From Escherichia coli (GTDB lineage: Bacteria > Pseudomonadota > Gammaproteobacteria > Enterobacterales > Enterobacteriaceae), in the NCBI RefSeq assembly GCF_013122565.1, contig NZ_CP053258.1: a DNA stretch of 64,000 bases. One strand, 5' to 3'. The first letter of the stretch is position 1. The number at the start of each line of letters is the position of its first letter. The notes below the pieces were generated by a model, which made no database searches, was not told where the DNA came from, and saw only the letters and a list, made by a program, of their open reading frames with translations. Shown one piece after another: positions 33,715 to 45,878 of the stretch. Both the position numbers and the translations under genes were made by a program.

Positions 33715-33990
33715 ATGAGAACCAAGGTACAGGCTTTACGGAAGAAACAAAAAAATACATTGGATCAAATATTTAAAACTCCTGTTCCTCAAGGGATCAA
33801 GTGGTCTGATATAGAGTCACTGGTTAAAGCATTAGGCGGAGAAATTAAGGAAGGAAGAGGTTCGCGTTGTAAGTTCATACTAAATATGAGCGTTGCGTGT
33901 TTCCATCGGCCTCATCCGTCGCCAGATACCGATAAAGGCGCTGTAGAAAGCGTGCGTGACTGGTTACTAAGTATAGGGGTAAAACCATGA
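33715..33990 (+). CDS. Putative HicA-like (YcfA family) type II toxin, 91 aa
   Basis: Small basic protein with a ...GSRCKF...FHRPHP...LLSIGV... pattern resembling HicA mRNA interferases; 4-nt overlap (atga) with the following RHH gene. Confidence 0.5.
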   Translation: MRTKVQALRKKQKNTLDQIFKTPVPQGIKWSDIESLVKALGGEIKEGRGSRCKFILNMSVACFHRPHPSPDTDKGAVESVRDWLLSIGVKP

Positions 33991-34346
33991 TCAAACTGAA
34001 GACGCCAAACTCTATGGAGATTGCCGGGCAACCTGCTGTTATCACTTACGTGCCAGAACTGAATGCATTTCGTGGCAAATTCCTGGGCTTGTCAGGTTAT
34101 TGTGATTTTGTCTCTGACAGCATTCAGGGGCTGCAAAAAGAAGGGGAACTTTCCCTGCTAGAGTATCTTGAGGATTGTAAAGCTGCGGGTATTGAGCCGT
34201 ATGCGCGTACAGAAAAGATTAAGACCTTTACGTTACGCTATCCAGAATCGCTGAGTGAACGCCTTAATAATGCGGCTGCGCAGCAACAAGTCTCTGTTAA
34301 TACCTATATTATTGAAACACTGAATGAGCGTTTGAATCATTTATAA
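33987..34346 (+). CDS. Putative HicB-like antitoxin with C-terminal ribbon-helix-helix, 119 aa
   Basis: C-terminal RYPESLSERLNNAAAQQQVSVNTYIIETLNERL is a CopG/RHH-type DNA-binding motif; translationally coupled to the upstream small ORF. Confidence 0.5.
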   Translation: MIKLKTPNSMEIAGQPAVITYVPELNAFRGKFLGLSGYCDFVSDSIQGLQKEGELSLLEYLEDCKAAGIEPYARTEKIKTFTLRYPESLSERLNNAAAQQQVSVNTYIIETLNERLNHL

Positions 34347-34465
34347 ATTTTAGCGGCGTACATTACGCAGAATATCTGCCTTTACAGGATCTATCTATGC
34401 AACTGAACTTAATTTTATAAATTAAGTTCAGTTAATATCTTTTCTTTCCTCGTTTTAGAAATAAC

Positions 34466-37269
<2,804 letters not shown>

Positions 37270-37273
<4 letters not shown>

Positions 37274-38214
37274 GCGTGCGCTCCTTCATGACGACGAATG
37301 CGCGGGTCCAGCGCGGCGTTTAGCAAATCGACAATCAAATTACAGACCACAAAAACCACCACCATCATCAGCGTAAAGCACTGGATCACCGGATAGTCAC
37401 GGTTAAAAATCGCCGACACCGCATAGCGCCCGACGCCCGGCCAGGCAAAGATGTTTTCGATAATCATCGTCCCGCCAATCAGTTCGCCAATGTGCATCCC
37501 CACGGCGGTGATCATCGGCAGCGAGGCATTGCGCAGAATATGACGACGTTCGGTCTGTTTGTCGTTCAGGCCGCGCAGCCGCGCCCAGGTGACGTGACGC
37601 TGACCGGCGACGTCCAGCATACTGGCGCGCAGCAGCCGCGCGTTAATCGCCAGCGACATAAAGGCAATGGAAACCGCAGGCAAAATGATGTGCTGCCAGC
37701 CGCCGTAGCCCATCGCGGGTAGCCATTGCAGATACACCGAAAACGCCATCACCAGTAAAAACGCCAGCCAGAAGTTAGGCATCGACACGCCAAGAAACGC
37801 GATGAAACGTACGGCGAAATCCGGCAGACGATCGCGATGGCGCGCCGCCCAGATACCGAGCGGCACGGAAGTGAGCAGAATTAATACCAGCGCGGCACCT
37901 GCAAGTTCCAGCGTGGCGGGCAGGAAGTTCAGCATATCGTCCAGCACCGGGCGTTGGCTGGCGAATGAGATACCAAAGTCAAGATGCAGCGCCTTCCACA
38001 ACCAGGTACCGTACTGGACGTACAGCGGCTGATCCAGTCCCAGCATGGTGCGGGTAGAGGCCAGCATCTCCGGCGTCGGCGGCAGGTTAGACAGACGCAA
38101 ATAATCGAGCGCCGGGTCGCCGGTACCGAGGCGCAGCATCAGAAAAATGATCACCGAGGCGGCGAGCACCATCGGGATCAGCAGCAGAAAGCGGCGTAAT
38201 ACGTAACGCAACAT
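37270..38214 (-). CDS. nikB: Nickel ABC transporter permease NikB
   Basis: Membrane permease; operon position. Confidence 0.9.
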
Positions 38215-39788
38215 TAAGGTTTCACCGGTTTAATCTGTTCGAACGGAATTTCGGTGGCGATCGGCGCGTAGGGGATGTTACCCAGCTCCGGTTTTGATAC
38301 CACCATCATTGAGATGTAACTGATAGGCAGATAAACCGCCTCGTCATGCAGACGGGTCAGAATGTCGCGATACAGTGCCTGACGTTGTGCTTCGTCATGG
38401 GTCGCCAGCACTTCGCCGATCTCTTTATCAATCAGCGGCTTGTCGGCTAATCCTTGCTGTGCCTGGAAATCAGCGTGCGACGGTACGCGCATTGAACTCA
38501 GGAAGGCGTGTGGATCGTATGGCGCGCCCCAGGTGCGGTGGAAAATCATGCCAAAACGACCGTCGCGCTGACGAGCATAGATACTGCTCTCTTCTTCGCC
38601 AATCAGCGAGACATCTGCGCCAATCTGGCGCATATCAGCCTGAATGATTTCCGCCATCGATTTGCTTAACGCATCGGTGCCGATGAACGAAAGTTCAATG
38701 CGCAGCGGCTGACCATTTTTCTCGCGGATGTCTTTGCCCGCAGGAAGCGTCCAACCGGCTTTTTCGAGCAACTCTTTCGCTTTCTGCGGATCGTACTGGC
38801 GCGGTTTCAGGCCGAGGTTGGCGTAGGGCACAGAAGGGGCAAACAGGGTGTCGGCGACCTGCTGGGTGCCATACAACGCGTTATCAATCAGCGATTTTTT
38901 GTTTACCGCGTAATTAAGAGCTTCACGTACTGCCAGCTCGTTGGTAGGGGCTTTGGCGGTGTTGAGCGCCAGCATCACGGTTTCGATCGGCTGTGACAGT
39001 TGGGTGTGGTACGCCGGATTCTGGCTAAAGCGGGCGAAAGTATCGAGCGGTAATAACCCTTCATTACCGTACAGCAGGTCGATATCGCCAGTTTCAAACG
39101 CCACCGCGCGGGTAGTCGGGTCCGGGATCACGTTAAAGGTGATCTTTTTAATCGCCGGCTTTTCGCCCCAGTAGTTTTCGTTACGGACGAAGACATCGTA
39201 CTGATTCAGTTTCGATTCCTGCAAAACCCACGGCCCGGTGCCAATCGGCGCTTTAATCCCGTTCATGGTTTCATGGTTTTTAAACTGCGAGGGGGCGATA
39301 AAGCGGAAAGGACGTGGCAGGGCCAGTTCTTGCAGGAAAGGATAGTAGGCGCTTTTCAGGGTGATTTGCAGCTCGTTTTTACTGAGTGCTTTGACATCAA
39401 CAATCTGGTTTGCCAGCTCCAGCCAGGCGTGACGTTGACGGTTATCGAGCACTGCGCGGAAGTTTTCTGCCGCCGCCTCTGCATCAAACGGTTCGCCGTT
39501 AGAGAATTTCACGTCATCACGCAGGGTGAAGGTCCAGGTTTTACCATCTTCTGAATGAGTCCAGCTTTTTGCCAGCCACGGGATCACCGAACCGTCTGCC
39601 TGATATTTCACCAATGGTTCATAAACCATGCTCTGGGCGAACATCTGGTTAGGCGTGTAAAGGTGCGGGTTTAGTGGCCCGACATTCACCGGCCAGGCGG
39701 TGGTGATTTCATCTGGTGCAGCGGCATGGACGATAAAAGACGCACAAGCCAGCAGCGCAAATAGAGTGCGGCGGAGTGTGGAGAGCAT
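38214..39788 (-). CDS. nikA: Periplasmic nickel-binding protein NikA (524 aa)
   Basis: Signal peptide plus family-5 solute-binding protein; operon position. Confidence 0.9.
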
Positions 39789-39825
39789 GGTAACCCCAAT
39801 GGATTAAAATAGATGGCGGAAATAA

Positions 39826-39853
39826 GTATGACGATTTTAAGTATTCGTCATAC
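39826..39853. promoter_or_regulatory. NikR operator in the nikA promoter
   Basis: GTATGA-N16-TCATAC perfect dyad (gtatgacgattttaagtattcgtcatac), 38-65 bp upstream of the nikA start. Confidence 0.8.
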
Positions 39854-39898
39854 TGATTACCTGTTCTGGATCAATAGATGGGCAGTCGGGTGGGCGGA

Positions 39899-40486
39899 TC
39901 AGTTAACTGAATCGATCCATTGCACACTGTCGGCGGTGAGCGTAAAGGGAGTAGGGGTGCAGATCGCCAGGCTTAAATTTTCTAGCTGACAATGGCTGAC
40001 TGACAGCGAGGAGTGATAGGTGCTGTCTACGCTGACGATTTGCCAGGCGCTGCCACCACGCTGTTTAACGATGGCTTCTTTGCGCGTCCAGATGCGCCAG
40101 AACATTTCCAGTTGCTGATCAGGATGCACGGCGTCCATCTCAGCGTGTTCCCCGAGGCTGAATACGGCGTTCGCCAGCCAGCGCCAGTTGGCGCGCGGGC
40201 GAATCACTTCGATATCGCAGCCGACTTCGCCTTCATCGCTCAACAGCAGGGCGATATCGTCACCGCTATGGCTTAAGTTGAACCATAGCGGCGTTTCCGG
40301 CGCGAATGCCGGTTTGCCTTGTTCGCCATAGATGATCTCCGGTAGCGGGGAAAGCGTGTGCGAAAGCAATGCACGCCCCGCCAGCCAGCGTTCGCGTCGT
40401 GGACCTTGCGGTGCTTGCTCGCGTAAACCCGGTGGCAGTGGAGCTGCGCTTAAGGTCGAAACTTTCCCCAGAACTATCCGATACAT
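39899..40486 (-). CDS. acpT: 4'-phosphopantetheinyl transferase AcpT/YhhU (195 aa)
   Basis: Translation matches AcpT; synteny next to nikA. Confidence 0.85.
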   Translation of the reverse strand: MYRIVLGKVSTLSAAPLPPGLREQAPQGPRRERWLAGRALLSHTLSPLPEIIYGEQGKPAFAPETPLWFNLSHSGDDIALLLSDEGEVGCDIEVIRPRANWRWLANAVFSLGEHAEMDAVHPDQQLEMFWRIWTRKEAIVKQRGGSAWQIVSVDSTYHSSLSVSHCQLENLSLAICTPTPFTLTADSVQWIDSVN

Positions 40487-40540
40487 ATCAGGGCCAACGT
40501 ATAATGGAAAATGAAAGTGCGTATCGTATCACTTGTCGCC

Positions 40541-41590
40541 TCATCCCGGTAACCGACTTTTCGGTCTGCCCGGTCCCAGTAAAATCGCCAGTTTGCTACC
40601 GCCTTTCGTAGTTTCCATCCAGATTTTACACACGCTGGTTAATGGCACCGAAAGTAGCATCCCTACCGGGCCGAGCAGCCATCCCCAAATTAACAATGAA
40701 AGAAATACCACCATGGTGGACATCCCCAGGCGATGGCCCATCATCCGTGGCTCTAAAATATTGCCGATGACCATATGGACAACTAAAAACAATGCGCCGA
40801 CCAGAATACATTCGTAAATACCATTAAACAGCAGCACCTGAATCATTGGCGGTACGGCGGAAATTACCGCGCCGATATTAGGCACGTAGTTGAGCAAAAA
40901 CGCCAGTACTGCCCACATCAGCGCAAACTGCACCCCCATCAGCTCCAGCCCCAGCCAGACGATGACACCCGTCCATAAACTGAGTAGCGTCTTTAACGCC
41001 AGATAATGCGAAACGCCTTTAAGTGCGCGGTGTAATCCCGCGATGTGAATCTGTGGGTTATTCAGCGCAAAACGCATTTTGTAAGGGACGTGGCGCACTT
41101 CAAACAGCATAAAAACTACGGTCATCACCAGCAGAATTACGCTCGCCATTGCCCCGGAAAGCCCGGTCATTAGCGCCGTGGTGAAGGTAACCACTTTTTC
41201 CGAGTCCATCCGCTGCAGCATTCGCTCTGGCGACATATGCAAATTAAGAAAAGGCAACATCTCCTGCAATTTAAAAAGTTTGCGCGTCAGCTCCTTATTA
41301 AACTTCGGCAGCATAGAGATAAATTCGTTAAACGATGCCGCCAGTACGCCAACCAGCGCGGTTAGTGCGATCAGCATCACCACCACCACAATCGTAATGG
41401 CAACGGGGCGTTTTACTCCCCGTCGAACAAACCAGGTAACGAGCGGGTTGAGGACGATGGCAAAAAACAGCGCCAGTAACAGCTGCACAATGATATCTGC
41501 CGCTGCGTGAATGCCCGCGAGGATCACTACCAGCGAGGCCAGCTTGAGCAGAATGTGCATGCCCGTTTTATCGGGTTGAGGGGTTTCCAT
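40541..41590 (-). CDS. yhhT: AI-2E (UPF0118) family transporter YhhT (349 aa from METPQPDKTG)
   Basis: Polytopic membrane protein; synteny. Confidence 0.8.
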   Translation of the reverse strand: METPQPDKTGMHILLKLASLVVILAGIHAAADIIVQLLLALFFAIVLNPLVTWFVRRGVKRPVAITIVVVVMLIALTALVGVLAASFNEFISMLPKFNKELTRKLFKLQEMLPFLNLHMSPERMLQRMDSEKVVTFTTALMTGLSGAMASVILLVMTVVFMLFEVRHVPYKMRFALNNPQIHIAGLHRALKGVSHYLALKTLLSLWTGVIVWLGLELMGVQFALMWAVLAFLLNYVPNIGAVISAVPPMIQVLLFNGIYECILVGALFLVVHMVIGNILEPRMMGHRLGMSTMVVFLSLLIWGWLLGPVGMLLSVPLTSVCKIWMETTKGGSKLAILLGPGRPKSRLPG

Positions 41591-41709
41591 TGGGGCTTCC
41601 TTGTGACTTTTTGTATTAAGTGTAGCGGGAGTCACGCCAGCAATATTCTGATTCTTACTGCTGATTTTCACGTCAGCACGTGGTAAAAATGAAACACTGT
41701 TGTAAAAAT

Positions 41710-42927
41710 GTGGTGATCCTCATGCCCGAACCCGCGCTAAACGGATTGCGCCTGAATTTGCGCATTGTCTCCATTGTCATGTTTAACTTCGCCAGCTACC
41801 TCACTATCGGGTTGCCGCTCGCTGTATTACCGGGCTATGTCCATGATGTGATGGGCTTTAGCGCTTTCTGGGCAGGAGTGGTTATCAGCCTGCAATATTT
41901 CGCCACCTTGCTGAGCCGCCCTCATGCCGGACGTTACGCCGATTTGCTGGGACCCAAAAAGATTGTCGTCTTCGGTTTATGCGGCTGCTTTTTGAGCGGT
42001 CTGGGATATCTGACGGCAGGATTAACCGCCAGTCTGCCCGTCATCAGCCTGTTATTACTTTGCCTGGGACGCGTCATCCTTGGGATTGGGCAAAGTTTTG
42101 CCGGAACGGGATCGACCCTGTGGGGCGTTGGCGTGGTTGGCTCGCTGCATATCGGGCGGGTGATTTCGTGGAACGGCATTGTCACTTACGGGGCGATGGC
42201 GATGGGTGCGCCGTTAGGTGTCGTGTTTTATCACTGGGGCGGCTTGCAGGCGTTAGCGTTAATCATTATGGGCGTGGCGCTGGTGGCCATTTTGTTGGCG
42301 ATCCCGCGTCCGACGGTAAAAGCCAGTAAAGGCAAACCGCTGCCGTTTCGCGCGGTGCTTGGGCGTGTCTGGCTGTACGGTATGGCGCTGGCACTGGCTT
42401 CCGCCGGATTTGGCGTTATCGCCACCTTTATCACGCTGTTTTATGACGCTAAAGGTTGGGACGGTGCGGCTTTCGCGCTGACGCTGTTTAGCTGTGCGTT
42501 TGTCGGTACGCGTTTGTTATTCCCTAACGGCATTAACCGTATCGGCGGCTTAAACGTAGCGATGATTTGCTTTAGCGTTGAGATAATCGGCCTGCTACTG
42601 GTTGGCGTGGCGACTATGCCGTGGATGGCGAAAATCGGCGTCTTACTGGCGGGGGCAGGGTTTTCGCTAGTGTTCCCGGCATTGGGCGTAGTGGCGGTAA
42701 AAGCGGTTCCACAGCAAAATCAGGGGGCGGCGCTGGCAACTTACACCGTATTTATGGATTTATCGCTTGGCGTGACCGGACCACTGGCTGGGCTGGTGAT
42801 GAGCTGGGCGGGCGTCCCGGTGATTTATCTGGCGGCGGCGGGACTGGTCGCAATCGCGTTATTACTGACGTGGCGATTAAAAAAACGGCCTCCGGAACAC
42901 GTCCCTGAGGCCGCCTCATCATCTTAA
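41710..42927 (+). CDS. yhhS: MFS transporter YhhS (about 405 aa, probable GTG start)
   Basis: 12-TM MFS-type translation; synteny. Confidence 0.8.
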   Translation: MVILMPEPALNGLRLNLRIVSIVMFNFASYLTIGLPLAVLPGYVHDVMGFSAFWAGVVISLQYFATLLSRPHAGRYADLLGPKKIVVFGLCGCFLSGLGYLTAGLTASLPVISLLLLCLGRVILGIGQSFAGTGSTLWGVGVVGSLHIGRVISWNGIVTYGAMAMGAPLGVVFYHWGGLQALALIIMGVALVAILLAIPRPTVKASKGKPLPFRAVLGRVWLYGMALALASAGFGVIATFITLFYDAKGWDGAAFALTLFSCAFVGTRLLFPNGINRIGGLNVAMICFSVEIIGLLLVGVATMPWMAKIGVLLAGAGFSLVFPALGVVAVKAVPQQNQGAALATYTVFMDLSLGVTGPLAGLVMSWAGVPVIYLAAAGLVAIALLLTWRLKKRPPEHVPEAASSS

Positions 42928-42930
42928 AAC

Positions 42931-43488
42931 TTACTGAATAACCAGCGTATTAATGATGTTTTCTGCGGTGGTCTGCGCTTTTTGCTGATCATCAGCTGGC
43001 AGAGTAATTTGCATGGTCAGCAGTTGATTACCCACGTTACCCAGAATAACGGAAGAGTACGCCGTCTGGCCTTTCGCGGAGATAATACTGTCTAACTGCT
43101 GCATTTTGTGACCTTTCAGCTCAATGGCTTTATTGGTTACCACTTGCAGCTGCGGATCGCGGCTACGTTGCTGATCTTCCAGACGCTTCGCCAGCACCGC
43201 CAGATCTTCTTTCGGATCATCGCCCATGATGACGATGACTGCTTTCTGCCCGGTGGCGTCGGACCAGACATGCATGTTATTGGCCTGCGTTCCCAGCTTA
43301 CCGCTCTGGTCGGTCATATCCGCTGGCAGCGAGAAACTTAACTTGCCATCAAGCAGGTTGACGGGATTCCCGGTAGCGTTACTTTCCGCGACCGAACCCT
43401 GCGCCGTAGCGTTAGTGTCTTTATCATCACAGGCCGCAAGCCCCATAACCAGCAGGCCAATTCCGACATATTTAACCAGATTGCGCAT
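42931..43488 (-). CDS. dcrB: Periplasmic lipoprotein DcrB (185 aa from [20 protein letters not shown])
   Basis: Lipobox LAAC; matches DcrB. Confidence 0.85.
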
Positions 43489-43560
43489 TGACTTCTTCCT
43501 TTCGATAAACGGCCATAACGGCTCATTCATCCATCTTATCACAACTCTGATAACGAACCT

Positions 43561-44226
43561 TTAACTCGCCTGCAAAGCGTTGATTTCGGATTTATCTGCC
43601 AGTCTTTTCAACAGCATATTGAGTAATACGCCATACATTGGCAGGAAGAAAACGATACTGATTAACACTTTGAAACAGTAATCGACCAGCGCGATTTCCA
43701 TCCAGTGTTCAGCCATAAAGGCATCCGGGCTACGCCAGAAGGCAATGAAGAAAAAGGCCAGCGTGTCGCTGACGTTACCGAACAGTGTGGACGCTGTCGG
43801 TGCCAGCCACCAGCGGCGACTCTGACGCAGGCGGTTAAAAACGTGCACGTCGAGGATCTGTCCCAGCGCGTAGGCCATGAAACTGGCGGTGGCGATACGG
43901 GCGACAAACAGGTTGAAGTGGGCGAGTGCGCCGAATCCCTGCCATGAACCCATATAGAATAGCGACGAGATGACGTAGGAGATCAGCAATGCCGGGATCA
44001 TCACCGCAAAGATGATACGACGGGCCAGCGGTGCGCCAAAAATACGTACGGTCAGGTCGGTAGCGAGAAAGATAAACGGAAAGCTAAACGCGCCCCAGGT
44101 GGTATGGAAACCAAAAATGGAGACGGGAAGCTGAACCAGATAGTTACTGGAGGTGATCACCAGCAGATGAAATAACGATAACCAGAACAACGCCTTATAG
44201 CGTTGAGTTTGCGAGAAAACGTTCAT
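43561..44226 (-). CDS. yhhQ: Queuosine-precursor transporter YhhQ (221 aa)
   Basis: Hydrophobic membrane protein; synteny. Confidence 0.85.
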   Translation of the reverse strand: MNVFSQTQRYKALFWLSLFHLLVITSSNYLVQLPVSIFGFHTTWGAFSFPFIFLATDLTVRIFGAPLARRIIFAVMIPALLISYVISSLFYMGSWQGFGALAHFNLFVARIATASFMAYALGQILDVHVFNRLRQSRRWWLAPTASTLFGNVSDTLAFFFIAFWRSPDAFMAEHWMEIALVDYCFKVLISIVFFLPMYGVLLNMLLKRLADKSEINALQAS

Positions 44227-44446
44227 ATTGTACCTTTTTGATTAACCATTGGGGTGAGGGAACCCAATACGTACGACACGTCTGTTACCTTAACATAATA
44301 ACGTGCTTACCCTTTTTTCGAGCCGCCGCATGATACTGCTTTACGTTGACAATGCAATGGTTAATTTTCACGCAATCGTTAACCTGGTTTGCTTACGGAC
44401 TCACAGGGCGTAAACTAGCGCCGTTTTTTTATGTGATGAGAAGAAA

Positions 44447-44692
44447 ATGACCGATCTCTTTTCCAGCCCTGACCACACACTCGACGCGCTTGGCCTGCGC
44501 TGCCCGGAACCCGTAATGATGGTGCGCAAAACTGTGCGCAATATGCAGCCAGGTGAAACGTTGCTGATTATTGCTGACGATCCGGCGACGACCCGCGATA
44601 TTCCTGGGTTTTGTACCTTTATGGAACACGAACTGGTTGCTAAAGAGACGGATGGACTGCCTTATCGTTATTTGATTCGTAAATCGGGGTAA
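44447..44692 (+). CDS. tusA: Sulfur carrier protein TusA (81 aa)
   Basis: Conserved CPEP active-site motif ([14 protein letters not shown]). Confidence 0.95.
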
Positions 44693-44719
44693 GGTGGATC
44701 AGGCTAGCGGACCGATCGC

Positions 44720-44890
44720 GCTCAATTTTGCGGCTTGCAACCGGTTTGTAGGATGGATAAAACGTTCAAGCTGCATCTGGCGATACGGTGCGCAATGCCT
44801 GATGCGACGCTGTCGCGTCTTATCATGCCTACGAGTTTGATGCCCTGTGTAGGCTGGATAAGGCGTTCACGCCGCATCCGGCACGCAAAC
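44720..44890. repeat. REP/BIME cluster downstream of tusA
   Basis: gcctgatgcgacgctgtcgcgtcttatcatgcctac and gtaggctggataaggcgttcacgccgcatccggca. Confidence 0.8.
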
Positions 44891-44898
44891 GTATTGGA

Positions 44899-45216
44899 AT
44901 GCAAAAAATGGATTATTTAATTCCAGTTTGTCTGGCATTGCTTGGATTGCTGGCGATCTTCACCCCCAATTGGCTGATCCCTGTTTTTATCGTCGTGGGT
45001 GGATGGCTGGGAGTACTTGTCTGGGGCTGGCTCTGGCTAATGATATTTTTACCTTTACTTAACGGTGTCGGGCTTGCTTATGCCCTGTGGTTGATGTTCA
45101 AAAGGCCATCATTAGCATCCCGCCTGGTTGCTGCATTTAGTGTTATCTCCGTCATTCTGATGTTAGCGCTATATTACGCTATCCTGACCATGCCGCCGTT
45201 CCCGCCTCAGCATTAA
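44899..45216 (+). CDS. Hypothetical small membrane protein (105 aa, Trp-rich, 2-3 predicted TM helices)
   Basis: ORF with a strongly hydrophobic translation (…WLIPVFIVVGGWLGVLVWGWLWLMIFLPLL…); not recognised as a K-12 gene at this position. Confidence 0.4.
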   Translation: MQKMDYLIPVCLALLGLLAIFTPNWLIPVFIVVGGWLGVLVWGWLWLMIFLPLLNGVGLAYALWLMFKRPSLASRLVAAFSVISVILMLALYYAILTMPPFPPQH

Positions 45217-45275
45217 GCCCTGTATACGGAAATGATGCCAGAAGTGCCGCCGGGGCACTCTGGCGGCAAAAAGGT

Positions 45276-45842
45276 TTAACTTTCCCAGGTAATATCCAGC
45301 AACTCACTCTTCTCGTCGAAAGTAAATACCAGCAACTGATCCGAGATATCTTTTGATATCCCATAATCCACAGTCATTTTTAACCTGCCTGGAGCAGGGG
45401 CGGCTATCCAGAGATGAACGCCACGTAAAGTGATTTGCTTTGCACAAGCCTCGTGCGTAGGTGGAGTTATATCTAGAGATTGCAATGTTTCAGCATCGAG
45501 TTCATCTAAATGAAACTCAATAAACTCATCAACAAACGCATTTGTTCCTTTCTTTTGCGCAAGTATGTTGCGGATAATTTCAGTACATGCAGGGAGGCTA
45601 TCCAGGAGTGGAACGATTTTCTCAATGGGGGTATTTGGCAGGACATCTTCAAAAATATTTAGCCAGACAGTTCGTTTTTCATTGTTAAGCGTAACGGGTA
45701 CGTATTCCGCGAAACCCTCTGACTTATCAACAGCGAGCCTTCCCCAGTAATTTGAATTTAACGTAATCATCCATTGATTCCATTTATATGTTATGTAATG
45801 AGATGCTGCGAAGCCCGTATTAGATAGCTTCGCAGGGCTCAC
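45276..45842 (-). CDS. Hypothetical soluble protein (188 aa if the GTG at 45842 is used; about 164 aa from the internal ATG, MITLNSNYWGRL...)
   Basis: Long ORF immediately downstream of zntA on the same strand; no recognisable motifs; the first ~20 codons of the long form overlap a 9-bp-stem hairpin. Confidence 0.4.
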   Translation of the reverse strand: MSPAKLSNTGFAASHYITYKWNQWMITLNSNYWGRLAVDKSEGFAEYVPVTLNNEKRTVWLNIFEDVLPNTPIEKIVPLLDSLPACTEIIRNILAQKKGTNAFVDEFIEFHLDELDAETLQSLDITPPTHEACAKQITLRGVHLWIAAPAPGRLKMTVDYGISKDISDQLLVFTFDEKSELLDITWES

Positions 45843-45878
45843 CGTATATCATGGTCAGGATGACAGCAATCCGAAAAA

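Noticed and set aside
33650-34450. Possible Rhs element remnant at the K-12 rhsB position
   Set aside because: No YD-repeat or Rhs core sequence appears in any frame; the interval is fully explained by the two small toxin-antitoxin-like genes.
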